NCBI GenBank assembly: GCA_004431415.1
Contig: QPMI01000492.1
Span: 1 to 55,474 of the forward strand
Origin: Cyanophora paradoxa CCMP329
Lineage: Eukaryota > Plantae > Glaucophyta
Length of the DNA stretch: 55,474 nucleotides
Direction of reading: 5' to 3'
Every line of letters starts with the position of its first letter. Position 1 is the stretch's first letter. The notes beneath the pieces are model-generated. The model did not search any database, was not told the origin of the DNA, and saw only the letters and a program-made list of their open reading frames with translations. A program made the position numbers and the translations under genes. Shown here one piece after another: positions 46,055 through 55,474 of this stretch.

Positions 46055-49000
46055 CTAGCGCCAGAGCCAGGCCCTCCCGGCGCTCACGAGCCGGGCGAGC
46101 GGTCCCGCTTGCGCGGACAGGTGCTCGCGCGCCGCGCCGGGCCCCGCGCCTCCGCCGGCCTGCGAGAGCCCCTCGAAGAGGCCCTCCTCCTCCTCCACGT
46201 CGAGCTCCGCCTCGTCCCCGCTCCACTCCACGTCGCTCCCCAGCTCCTCCCCCTCCGCCGCGGCCTCGCCGCCGGCCCCCGCGCCTGGGGCCTCCCCCGC
46301 CTCGCCGCGGGTGCCGGCGTCCTGGCGTCACGCCGGCGGCGCGGCGGCGGCCGCCGGCGCGGCCAGGCCCAGGCCGGCGAGGCTCGCCAGGACCGCCGCG
46401 AGGTCCTCCCGCGTCAGCGCCGCCGCCGCCGGGGCCGCTGGGGCCGGCGCCGGCGCCGGCGCCGGGTTTGGGGCCGGGGCCGCATGCTGGCCGTACGGGC
46501 GCGTCACTGCGCGGGCACAGGGGACGTCGGGCGAAGCAGAGCGGCGATACGTGGCGGGAGGGGCCGGCGCGCACGGACGACGCTGGGAACGGTGCAGGCG
46601 TCCTCAAGGACGGCCAGCAGCGCGAGGTAGGCAGCCTGGCGGGGGCGGCGCGCTCAGACGCTGCAGCAGCCGCCGCCGCCGCCGCGCACCTTGTCCTTCT
46701 CGAAGTCCTTGTCGCGCTTGGCGATGTTGTTCGCCAGAACGTGGATCTGCGCCGACTCAGCGCAGCCGCCGCCGGCGCGGGGGAGGCGCGGGAGGCGCGC
46801 GCCGAGTTGCGGTCGACGGCGAGGGCGCGGACGAGCTTGTCGACGATCTTGGAGCGCTCCGCCGCGTCCGGGATGTCGTCCCCGTGCGTCACGATCACCG
46901 CCACGCGCCGCCCTGCGCGGCCTCAGACGCGGCGCGGCCTCAGAGCGAGAGGAGCGGCTCGCCTCCGCGGACGACGTCGGCGATCTGGGGCTGCAGGCGC
47001 GCCACGCCGCCGTCCGCCGACTCCGCCCCGCGCGCCTCCTCCGCGCTGCGCGGGGGGCGCTCGAGCTCGGCGCGGCGCGCGAGGGTCAGGGCGGGGTTCG
47101 CGCCTGAAGACGAAGACGACGACGGGGGCGGCGCGCTCCAGCTCGACCTCGGCGCTGTCGCGGCCTTTTAGCAGCTGCGCGCGGGATCAGCTGTGCGCGG
47201 GGTCGGCGCGGGTCGGCGGGTGGGGCGGCCTCGCCTTCTCGCGGAGAGTGAGGGGCGCCTCGCGGCCGGCCGGGATCTGGTCGCCGTCGGCAAGCAGGCC
47301 GCCGCACGCCATCGCAAGCTCCTCCCCCGCGTAGTTGTAGTCGTCCTTGCCCCTGAACCGCGAACTCGAACCGGGCGGGGCCGCGCCCGCGGGAGGGGCG
47401 CGCTCACGGCATCTCAGCGATGGCGAAGGGTAGGCCGGCGCCGATGGCGTACGGCGGGTCCATCGCGTAGCGGCGGTACGTCGTCGTGACGTGCGTGAGG
47501 GAGCCGCCGGTCGCCGCGTTGCGCACGGGGCGCGGGAAGAGGCACGAGTAGAGCGAGTTGGTCGTCGCGCTGCGCTACGCGTCGGCGGCGGCGGGGGCCT
47601 GGGGTCGGGACGGGGCGGGGCGGGCGGGCGGGCAGACCTCTTGCCGGAGCCCATGTTGCCGTGGAAGAGGATCGTGTGGCGCTTGCGGCCGTCGGCCGGG
47701 CGGAAGTGCTCGCTGTACACGTCGCCTGTGAAGGCCTCTGCGCGGCGTCAGCGGGCCCGGCAGCGGCGGGCCGCCCCGCGGACCGAGCGGGAAGACGACG
47801 GTGTTGCGGGAGAGGGGCACGCGGGCGGCCGGCTGGCCGGGCCGCAGCGCGAGCAGCTCGAAGGTGGCCGTTGGGGAGAGGGAGCGCACGCCTGCGTCCA
47901 GGTCCGCCGGGCCGAACTGCCGCCCCGGTCACGACGCGCGAGCCAGGGGCCGGCGCGGGGCGGGGCGCGTGCCTTGGGCGACATGCGGACGTCGGCCTTG
48001 AGCACTGTCTGGCCCGCCTCGACGGTAACGTCCGCGCTGCTCTCGCACCCGCCGCTGCGCCGGCCGTCAACGCAGGCCGAGCCGGGACCTCTCGAGCTCG
48101 CGGGCTCGCGCGCGCGCACCACGTGTAGCCGTTTTCGACCGCCTGGACGCGGTAGAGCCCGCCGGCCGCCTCCGGCAACTTGATCTGCGGGCGGAAGCGT
48201 GAGCGGGGCCGGTTCCGGGGCGGCGGCGGCGGGGGGGCGGGGCGGGCCTCGAGGAGGACGCTGAAGGGCTCGCCGATGTAGACGGGGTACAGGGGCATGC
48301 CGGCCGAGAGGATCGTGCCGGAGCCGGCGACCGCCCCGGCGCCTGCGGGAGCCTCGGCGCGGGCGCGCGGGGGGGCCGGCGCGGGGCGGGGTACGTGCTC
48401 GCCGGCGGGGCTCGCGGCGGAGGGGCGGGAGGCGGCGTCGTAGAGGGCCTTGACGGCTTCGGGGCCCACGAAGAGGCCGCCGGGGTCCGCGACGGCCGCC
48501 AGCGGCGCGTCGTCATCCAGCACGTCCCCCGACGAGCCGTCCACGTCCACCACGCGCACCATGTACCCCTGCGCGCGCCCCGTCAGCGTCGAGCGAACCG
48601 CGCCGCCGCGGCTGCGGCGGACCGCGTTGCGCGCAGCGTTGGCGGCTTCGGCGGCAGCGGAGAGGGCGTCGGCCGTGGCGGAGCCATCGACGAACAGGGT
48701 GATGATCTGCAGGAGCAGAAGTCACTGACACGCTGGCACGAGTGGGCAGGCAGGATCGAGCACCTTACACGACTCGGTGGCTGGACGCGGCGAACGCTCG
48801 CCGACGCGAATGGCCTCGAGGAGACCGCGCTTGATGTCGGCAGCTCCACCCTTCGGGGGCGCTTTCTCTGAGAGATTGGTTCCTCAGCGCGCGCAAGAGA
48901 GGGATGGCGGCGACGCAATGTTGAAGAGGGCGCACCGAGAGTAGTCAGAAGGTCGGCGGCCTCCCGGCGCCCGACCAGGGGCGTGCTCCAAGGTGACACA

Positions 49001-49255
49001 TCCTTCGGCCCATAAGCCACGAGCGACACTCCGCATTCGTCCGGCAGGCGCCCGATCATTCCGCGGCAGGCATTGATATTCTCAACCTTCGAGCTGCCGT
49101 GCACCGGGAGGACCTGCGGCGCACGAGTGAGAAGCGGCAGCGCACAGCGCGGCGCTGCGCCAAGGGCAGCGTACGGGAAAGTGCTCCACCACGCGCTCGT
49201 GGCTTTTAGCAACGCGCAGCGGCAAGAGCGGAGGAACGGGAGCGGCAGCCGTCAT
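46055..49255 (-). CDS. Multi-exon protein with IFI44-like P-loop GTPase domain
   Basis: ILFHGNMGSGKSS..NSLYS, HVTTYRRY, YAGEEL..GLLADG, VVVFV, VIVTHGD and IHVLAN. Confidence 0.6.
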
Positions 49256-49434
49256 TCTGCGCTCGAGCGGGAACAGCTGCGCACGCGGAGGCGCACGAAG
49301 ACCGAAAACAGCCGGTTGTACTATGAGGATGCTCAGTGTGTGCAATAGCTCGTACGCGTCCTAGTCGAACTGGTTTTCAGAATTGGTCCCTGAATGTGAA
49401 CGTGTACCCCAAAAACTGGTCTTCTCTTTGAGCG

Positions 49435-50725
49435 ATGGTCGACGTCGGCTCGAGATTGCTGTCGTCGAGCGACAGTAGAGTCGCCGGCGCCGCCCCCGAC
49501 CCTCAGCAGCACGGCGTCCGCGTACGTGCGAGGCTGCTGCCTTGTCGGCATGCTTCAGGCGGTCGGCTCTTTCTTGGGGTGGTCTCGTTCGCGAGACACC
49601 TCTCCCGGACAGCCTGTAGCGCTGGCGAGCCGAGCTACGTGGCCAGCCGAGCTGCGCTGGCGAGGGCAGTGCCCGCCCGAACAGCGAGTGACCTGCAGAG
49701 GATCGTGGGATGACTGGAAGCACGCCATTCCGCTGGAGCCGAACCAGCACAGCGTTTACGTTGCGTCGGTAGATCTCCCATTCGGCGTGCACTCGTACAA
49801 GATTGAAGGCGCGAAACTGTTCTCACTGTTCACGGCTTAGAACTGATAGTCAGCGCGCAGCTGGCAGGGAGCAATACGTCGTTTGCGAAGACCGCCCAAA
49901 CAAGCAGAGCCCGTGCGGTTCGACTTGCAATGCAGCCTGCGGCCCGTCACGCTCTCACTGTTGCTCTGCAGGCCGATACGTAAACAACGTGCTCAACGTG
50001 CGGCCGCCGATAGCCGTTGTCTATGAGAGCGAGAGCGGCAGCGATCGAGCATTCATCGTTCTCAGCGCGCTTCGTGCCCGAGGGTGCGCGTCAATCGCGC
50101 CCGTCGTTATTTCCAGCCGCTTGCTCACTGCTGCAGCAGCTTGTATGCTGTCGCAGCCTCGGGCTCGGCGGAGCTCAGCAGCGACGCGAAGCTGCAGCTC
50201 GCAACGGCGGCCGTTCTCGTCCACGTCGCCGGCGCTCGGGAAGTCGGCGAGCTCGCGCGCGCTTGGCAGCTGCTGGCTGCTCGCGGGGCCGGTGTCATTC
50301 TCGTCTCTGACGGCGAGCCGAGCGCCGCGCGGGACGCGCTGCTGCCGCGCGGCGGCTTCGGGCTTGCTCCCGAGCCGCAGCTTCTTCCGTGGCCGCGCAA
50401 CGCGAAAACGCTCGCCGTGGCCGTCGATGTCATAGTTGACGCAGTGCGCGCGCCCTCCCTTTCCCCGGGCCTCCCTTCCGCCCTTCTTGACATTCAAACA
50501 GGTGCTCCAGCTTCCGCCCTTGCCGCCGGGATGCGGATCGCCAGCGGCCGCGCCCTCGTTGCAGCCGCCGCCCGCGCCGGTCAAGACCGCGAACCCGCGG
50601 GCGCGTGCCCCGTCCCCGTTCCGCTCGCGCCCGGCGCCCGGCGTCGGCTCCTACGGCGGCGCCCGACCGCGCGCGCCCAGCCCCTGGGGTGATGCAGTCA
50701 CCGCGCGTCCGACGTCGGCGGCGGC

Positions 50726-50762
<37 letters not shown>

Positions 50763-51194
50763 ATTGCCGAGGCGAAGCCGTGCGTGCGGGTGGTGCCGGT
50801 GCTGGCGACGGAGTCGGCGCTGGCGGCCGAGGGCGGCGTGGCGCAGCAGGCCGTGCGCCTCATGGAGTCCGTGGCCGGCGGCCGCTTCTCCTTCGAGCTG
50901 CGCCCCTTCGACGCCGACGCGCCCGGCGGCGGGGCGGGCGCCGGGCACGGCGCCGCGGTCCTGCTGGGGACCGGCGAGGGCCCGCGCATCTCGGACGCCC
51001 TCCACCAGGCGCTCCGCGCGATCCGCGGGAGTGAGCTTCCCGCCCCGCCAAGAGCCCGAGGCCCCCTGGCGGCTCAGCGACCCGCGCAGGCTCAAGCCGT
51101 GAAGCCGTCCTCATCGTGCTGCGGAACTCGTACGACGCGGCGAAGGTCGACGACTACCCCTCCGCCGGCGAGCACTGCTCCGGCGTCCTCAACG

Positions 51195-51226
<32 letters not shown>

Positions 51227-51448
51227 CTGCGCGCGAGACGGGGCGGAGCGAACGTCGAGCTGAGCGCGCGCCGCGCAGGAAAGCCGCCGCGGCGAGCGGT
51301 GCTGCGGCTCGTGCACTACGAGGGCCGCCTCAGGGAGGACGACGCGCGCGGCGTCGAGAACCTGAAGACCCTCGCCGAGCTCCTCGCGATCGGTGCGCGC
51401 CCGTGCCCGCGCCAAGGCCCGCCCGGCCCCAACCCCGCCGAGTTCTGA
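49435..51448 (+). CDS. Protein with CBM48/AMPK-beta-type glycogen-binding domain (multi-exon)
   Basis: LRWRG..VTCRGSWDDWK..IPL..VDLPFGVHSYK..YVNNVLNV. Confidence 0.6.
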
Positions 51449-52326
51449 GCCTTGTCCCCGCACAGCGCTTCCTCCGGAGGCGGCCCCGGCGCCCGCTCGC
51501 AGCAACCCCGTTGCCGCTTCCGGCTCCTTTCGCTGACATCGGTACCGGTATGGATTGTCACGGCTGCTCCGCTGATTGCGTTCCCTGCTTCGTGCCGCTG
51601 TGGTGAGGGCGTCGATAATAAGGACACCGCGGCTCCATTGCAAGGGCGGAAGAAGGGGACCTCAAGGGGTCTTGGGGGGGGGGGGTAGGAGAGGGGGGGA
51701 AGGGGCCGGAGCGGGGGGGGGGGGGGGGGGCCTGTTAGGAGAGAAGGTGCACGGGCTTCGAATTTAAAATTTGGGGATCGTGAGGGCGCAGCCGGCCTCG
51801 GACTTTTGTTAGGCCTAGGGCCGGCGGCATGAGGGCTATAGCCGCAGCGGCACTCAGCGGCTGACTCTGATCCAGCTGCAACTTGCGGCCTAAACATTGT
51901 GGACTTCAAGGGGCCGCCGGGCGGGAGGCAAGACCAGCCTCCGTGAACTTGCAAAGTACTCCGGACTCCCGGGATGCAAGAGGAAAGTTTCGAGGGGGGA
52001 AATAGGGAGCGCATGCGCATGAGCTCGAGGGGGAAACTAAAATAGGAAGCTCGAGGGTTATAATAAAGATCGAGCAAGATCGAGCTCGAGGGGGAATTTA
52101 AACAGGGATCCGGAGCTCGAGGGTTATATATAATAAAAACCAAAAGTGGTTCAAGCTGTCTAGTTCTCGTGGCAGTTGCATGCTGCAGCTAGCTATAGCC
52201 GCTGAGCAGCTGCAAGTGTCGACGTCGCCGGCGCCGGTGCGCGAGCGCATGAGCATGCGCGGAATGTGGCGGTCGCAATCGCGGCTGATCGAGGCGCGCG
52301 TACGCGTGCGCATATGCGCAGGCAAG

Positions 52327-54835
52327 ATGGCATCCGAGATATCAATTGTCGCCACGGCGGTAAGCTCAGCTCAGCTGCTCAGCGCGCGCTCAGCTTGCAA
52401 ATTACATGCGCAAGGAGCGCTGTCAATTGCGAATTCGAATGCTGCGTCTGGAATCCCAAGACCCGAATTCGAATGCTGTGCCAGAAATCCCCAAGAATCC
52501 CCAGGAATGTACAGCGCGGAAGACGAAGCCCACGCCCTGAAAGAGCGCATCTTTTCATTCTAGTGCTCTCGCCGCGCGCGCGTGCACGTCTGGAATGCGA
52601 TCGCAGGATCGGCTGGCGGCGGTGGAGGCGGAAGCCGCTGCTCAACGGCGCCGTGCAGAGGAAGCGGAAGCCGCGGTTCGATTTTCTCACGCTTTGAGCA
52701 TGTGAGAGTCGACTCGAATGTGATGTACCCGACAGGCCTGCCGCTGCAGCAGACCGCGTGCGCGCGGCCAACGCCGAGCCTCGAATTCGTGCCCGGAGAA
52801 GCTGCTGCAGCTGCAAACCGCGCTCGAATTTGCGGAGGCAGAGCGTGGCGCCCTCGCCGTGAGCTTGTCTCCCAATTCCGTTTGAACGTCTAAAAAATAA
52901 CCGAATATTGCAGGAGAAGCTGGCGGCGGCGGAGGCAGAGGTTGCAAATATGCTGCAGCTGCAGACCGCGCTCGAACGTGCAGAGGCAGAGCGTGGCGCC
53001 CTCACCGTGAGCTTGTCTCCAGATTCCATGCGAACGTCTAAAAAATAACCGAATATTGCAGGAGAAGCTGGCGGCGGCGGAGGCAGAGGTTGCAAATATG
53101 CTGCAGCTGCAGACCGCGCTCGAACGTGCAGAGGCAGAGCGTGGCGCCCTCACCGTGAGCTTGTCTCCAGATTCCATGCGAACGTCTAAAAAATAAATGA
53201 ATATTAATATTGCAGGAGAAGCTGGCGGCGGCGGAGGCAGAGGTTGCAAATATGCTGCAGCTGCAGACCGCGCTCGAACGTGCACAGGCAGAGCGTGGCG
53301 CCCTCACCGTGAGCTTGTCTCCCAATTCCGTTCGAACTTATGAGAAAGTCATGGACACATTTAATTTTATCCAATTAATATTGCAGAAGAAGTTGGGGGC
53401 GGCAGAGGCGGCGGCGGAGCTTGAGAGGCAGCAGCATCAGGTCGCGGTTGCGGAATTCGAAACTGCGGTGCGAGCTTTGTATATTTTTCTAATTACGATT
53501 CATGCAATATTAATGCGAATTTCAAGGCTTCGGCTCGTGATCAGGCGGAGGCGTGCAATCGCAAGCTGAAGCAGCGGATAGCAGAACTCGAAGCGAACGA
53601 AAAGCTTCTCAAGGTACGTATATCGACATACACATTGACTGTAGCTATAGCGATATCGACGATCTGATAAGCTGCAATAGGCTGCCACCGATGGCGGGGA
53701 CATTCGCCTGAACGCCGGGTCGAATGTCATGGAAGCTGTTCGGCGCGCCGTTCCCGGACAGACCATCCGACTCGCCCCTGGCCGGTGCTTTAGCGCTGCC
53801 ATGCGCGCAATATTAATTGCAATCTAGATCTCCGCTGATCACGAGGTACTCGCGTACGCGTACGCGTACGCAGGTACTATGAGCAGGTGAGGCTGGACAA
53901 GAACGTGCGCATCGTCGGGCCGCGCGAAGCGGTGCTGGTGTGGGACAAGGGACCGACAATCCTCTGCAAAGGGCCCGTGTCGCCACGCGTGGAGGGTATC
54001 ACCGTTCGCAACAGCGAGAAACACGATACGCCCTCGGCCGATTTCTCAGCCGTGAGCATCACGGACGGCAGCCGCGCCATATTTGAGAGCTGCAACATAT
54101 CGAGCCTTTGCGGAAACGGCGTCGACGTCAAGGGCGCGAACACGGAGCCGGTGCTGCGCTGGAACGTCGTGCACTACTGCGGTTTGTATGGAGTCCGCTG
54201 CGTTCGTGCGGCTGGCATAATCGAGGTAATCATAACTTAAGTAAAGATTACATAATTAAGAATATAATATTAATCCTGCATTAATGATATTATCTCCACG
54301 CGCAGGGTAACGAGATTCGCGGCCACCATAAGGCTGGGATCGGAATCATGAATAAGGCGAACCCGCTGGTCCAGGGCAACAAGGTCCACGGCGGCGAGAG
54401 CCACGGGATCGAAGTGCGCGGCGAAGAGACTAAGCCAACGCTCCGGGAAAACGTTGTGCACAACTGCCAGAAGTTTGGCTTCTACCTGCATACATCATCG
54501 AAAGCCGTCGTTGAGGTGCTTCCATATGCATATTAATATCCCTGCATGATGATAGTTGATTCGCAATTTTTTTGCAGAACAACAACGTATTCGACACTCT
54601 TTTTCCGGCCATTTACATTGCAAAAGGGGCGGAACCTGTCGTAAGGGGGAACAAGCTGAAGGTCTGGACCGCTCAGAGCCGTGTACGAGATTCTTACTTC
54701 GCTGTTAACGCTCTGGCGCGTCAGATTGACGACCGGTCTGCAATGTCGGAAGCCATCTTCGTCGACAAGACCGGGAAGGGTGTCATCACAGAGAATAGGA
54801 TTGTGGATGCTCGCTCGAGAAACGTTGACAGTTAG
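52327..54835 (+). CDS. Coiled-coil plus right-handed beta-helix (CASH/NosD, FBXO11-like) protein
   Basis: AVPGQTIRLAPG..YYEQVRLDKNVRIVG, followed by repeats such as NPLVQGNKVHGGESHGIEV and PTLRENVVHNC. Confidence 0.75.
52790..53340 (+). repeat. Tandem exon+intron duplication of about 148-154 bp (3 full copies plus 1 diverged partial copy)
   Basis: Exon EKLAAAEAEVANMLQLQTALERA(E/Q)AERGALT plus intron GTGAGCTTGTCTCC...AATATTGCAG, repeated. Confidence 0.9.
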
Positions 54836-55474
54836 ACTGGCAACGAAATCGATACGTGTGAAACGTTGTTCCCGGAATGGTTTAGATTGTAGATGTCCAC
54901 TTAATTTTATAACTTAGTAATGTCATCATATGCATTCTGTAGAGCTGCGTTGTTGCGATGACCGAAGATGAAAAAGCTTGAGCTCATGCAGCTTCTCGGC
55001 AATGGTTATCTGAACACGAGCTTGCAAACGTTAAATTAATAATAAATTAAACTTCAAGCCTTGCAGCTTGAAACGCGCATGCATCATCATGCATTTGGCA
55101 TTCCTTTGCGCATTGCCGCCGGGCATCTATATAGCTATCGCCACTAAGAGTTTAGCAGCGCATGCACAGACTCAGATGACATCAATACATGCGCAGATGA
55201 CATCAGATTTCACTTTACAGTCACGCAGCCTTCGCAGCCCCCATGTCACGAAAGGCCGAAAGCGGAACGTCTCAGATTAGCTCGGCGCCTGATCATCGGA
55301 TTTTAGCTACAAATCACCCCAGCCGTAACAACGGTCTTTTACGCGGTCTTACTTCTGCAAGGCCCCGGAAAACTGCAGCTTTCGCGCCTGCGCCTGCAGC
55401 TTTCACCGCTGAGCCGAACAGCGGGGAGATATATATATATATAGGATTATGCTGCGCGGCGCGCGGAGGCGTCA

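Noticed and set aside
14000-52000. Many long Arg/Pro/Gly/Ala-rich six-frame ORFs (e.g. 40787-42580 as one ORF, 29801-31036)
   Set aside because: Artefacts of high GC reading through introns or antisense to real spliced genes.

Overview
GC-rich eukaryotic (protist/algal) nuclear DNA in two parts. (1) About 1-9930 is a compact, almost intron-free island that looks like part of an endogenous DNA virus. It holds three fibre/adhesin-like genes (phage-tail-repeat fibre, C1q-headed fibre, FN3+LamG-like protein), two paralogous unknown genes, a degenerate HNH protein and two orphan ORFs. It also has a fixed-spacing upstream motif (TTTTCKGA-N11-12-ATG), four (CCCAAGT)n arrays, a 107-bp palindromic tandem array and two poly(A)-tailed insertions. 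I recognise no capsid, polymerase, packaging ATPase or integrase in the window, so the virus class is unassigned. (2) About 9.95-55.5 kb is gene-dense host DNA with many short introns, often GC-AG, and six head-to-head gene pairs. Genes include an RCC1-repeat protein, a C2-domain protein, a GT77-like glycosyltransferase, a nitrilase, RABL2, Asterix, ORC3, an F-box/LRR-like protein, an ankyrin gene, a vWA alpha-kinase, an IFI44-like GTPase, a CBM48-like protein and a beta-helix protein. The ankyrin gene is interrupted by a 221-bp AT-rich bacterial uvrD fragment (Rickettsiales-like) with microhomology junctions, and lies next to an inverted partial copy of ORC3. RABL2 implies a flagellated host; the sequence style reminds me of the glaucophyte Cyanophora, but that is an unverified impression. 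Host gene boundaries were spliced by eye and are approximate.
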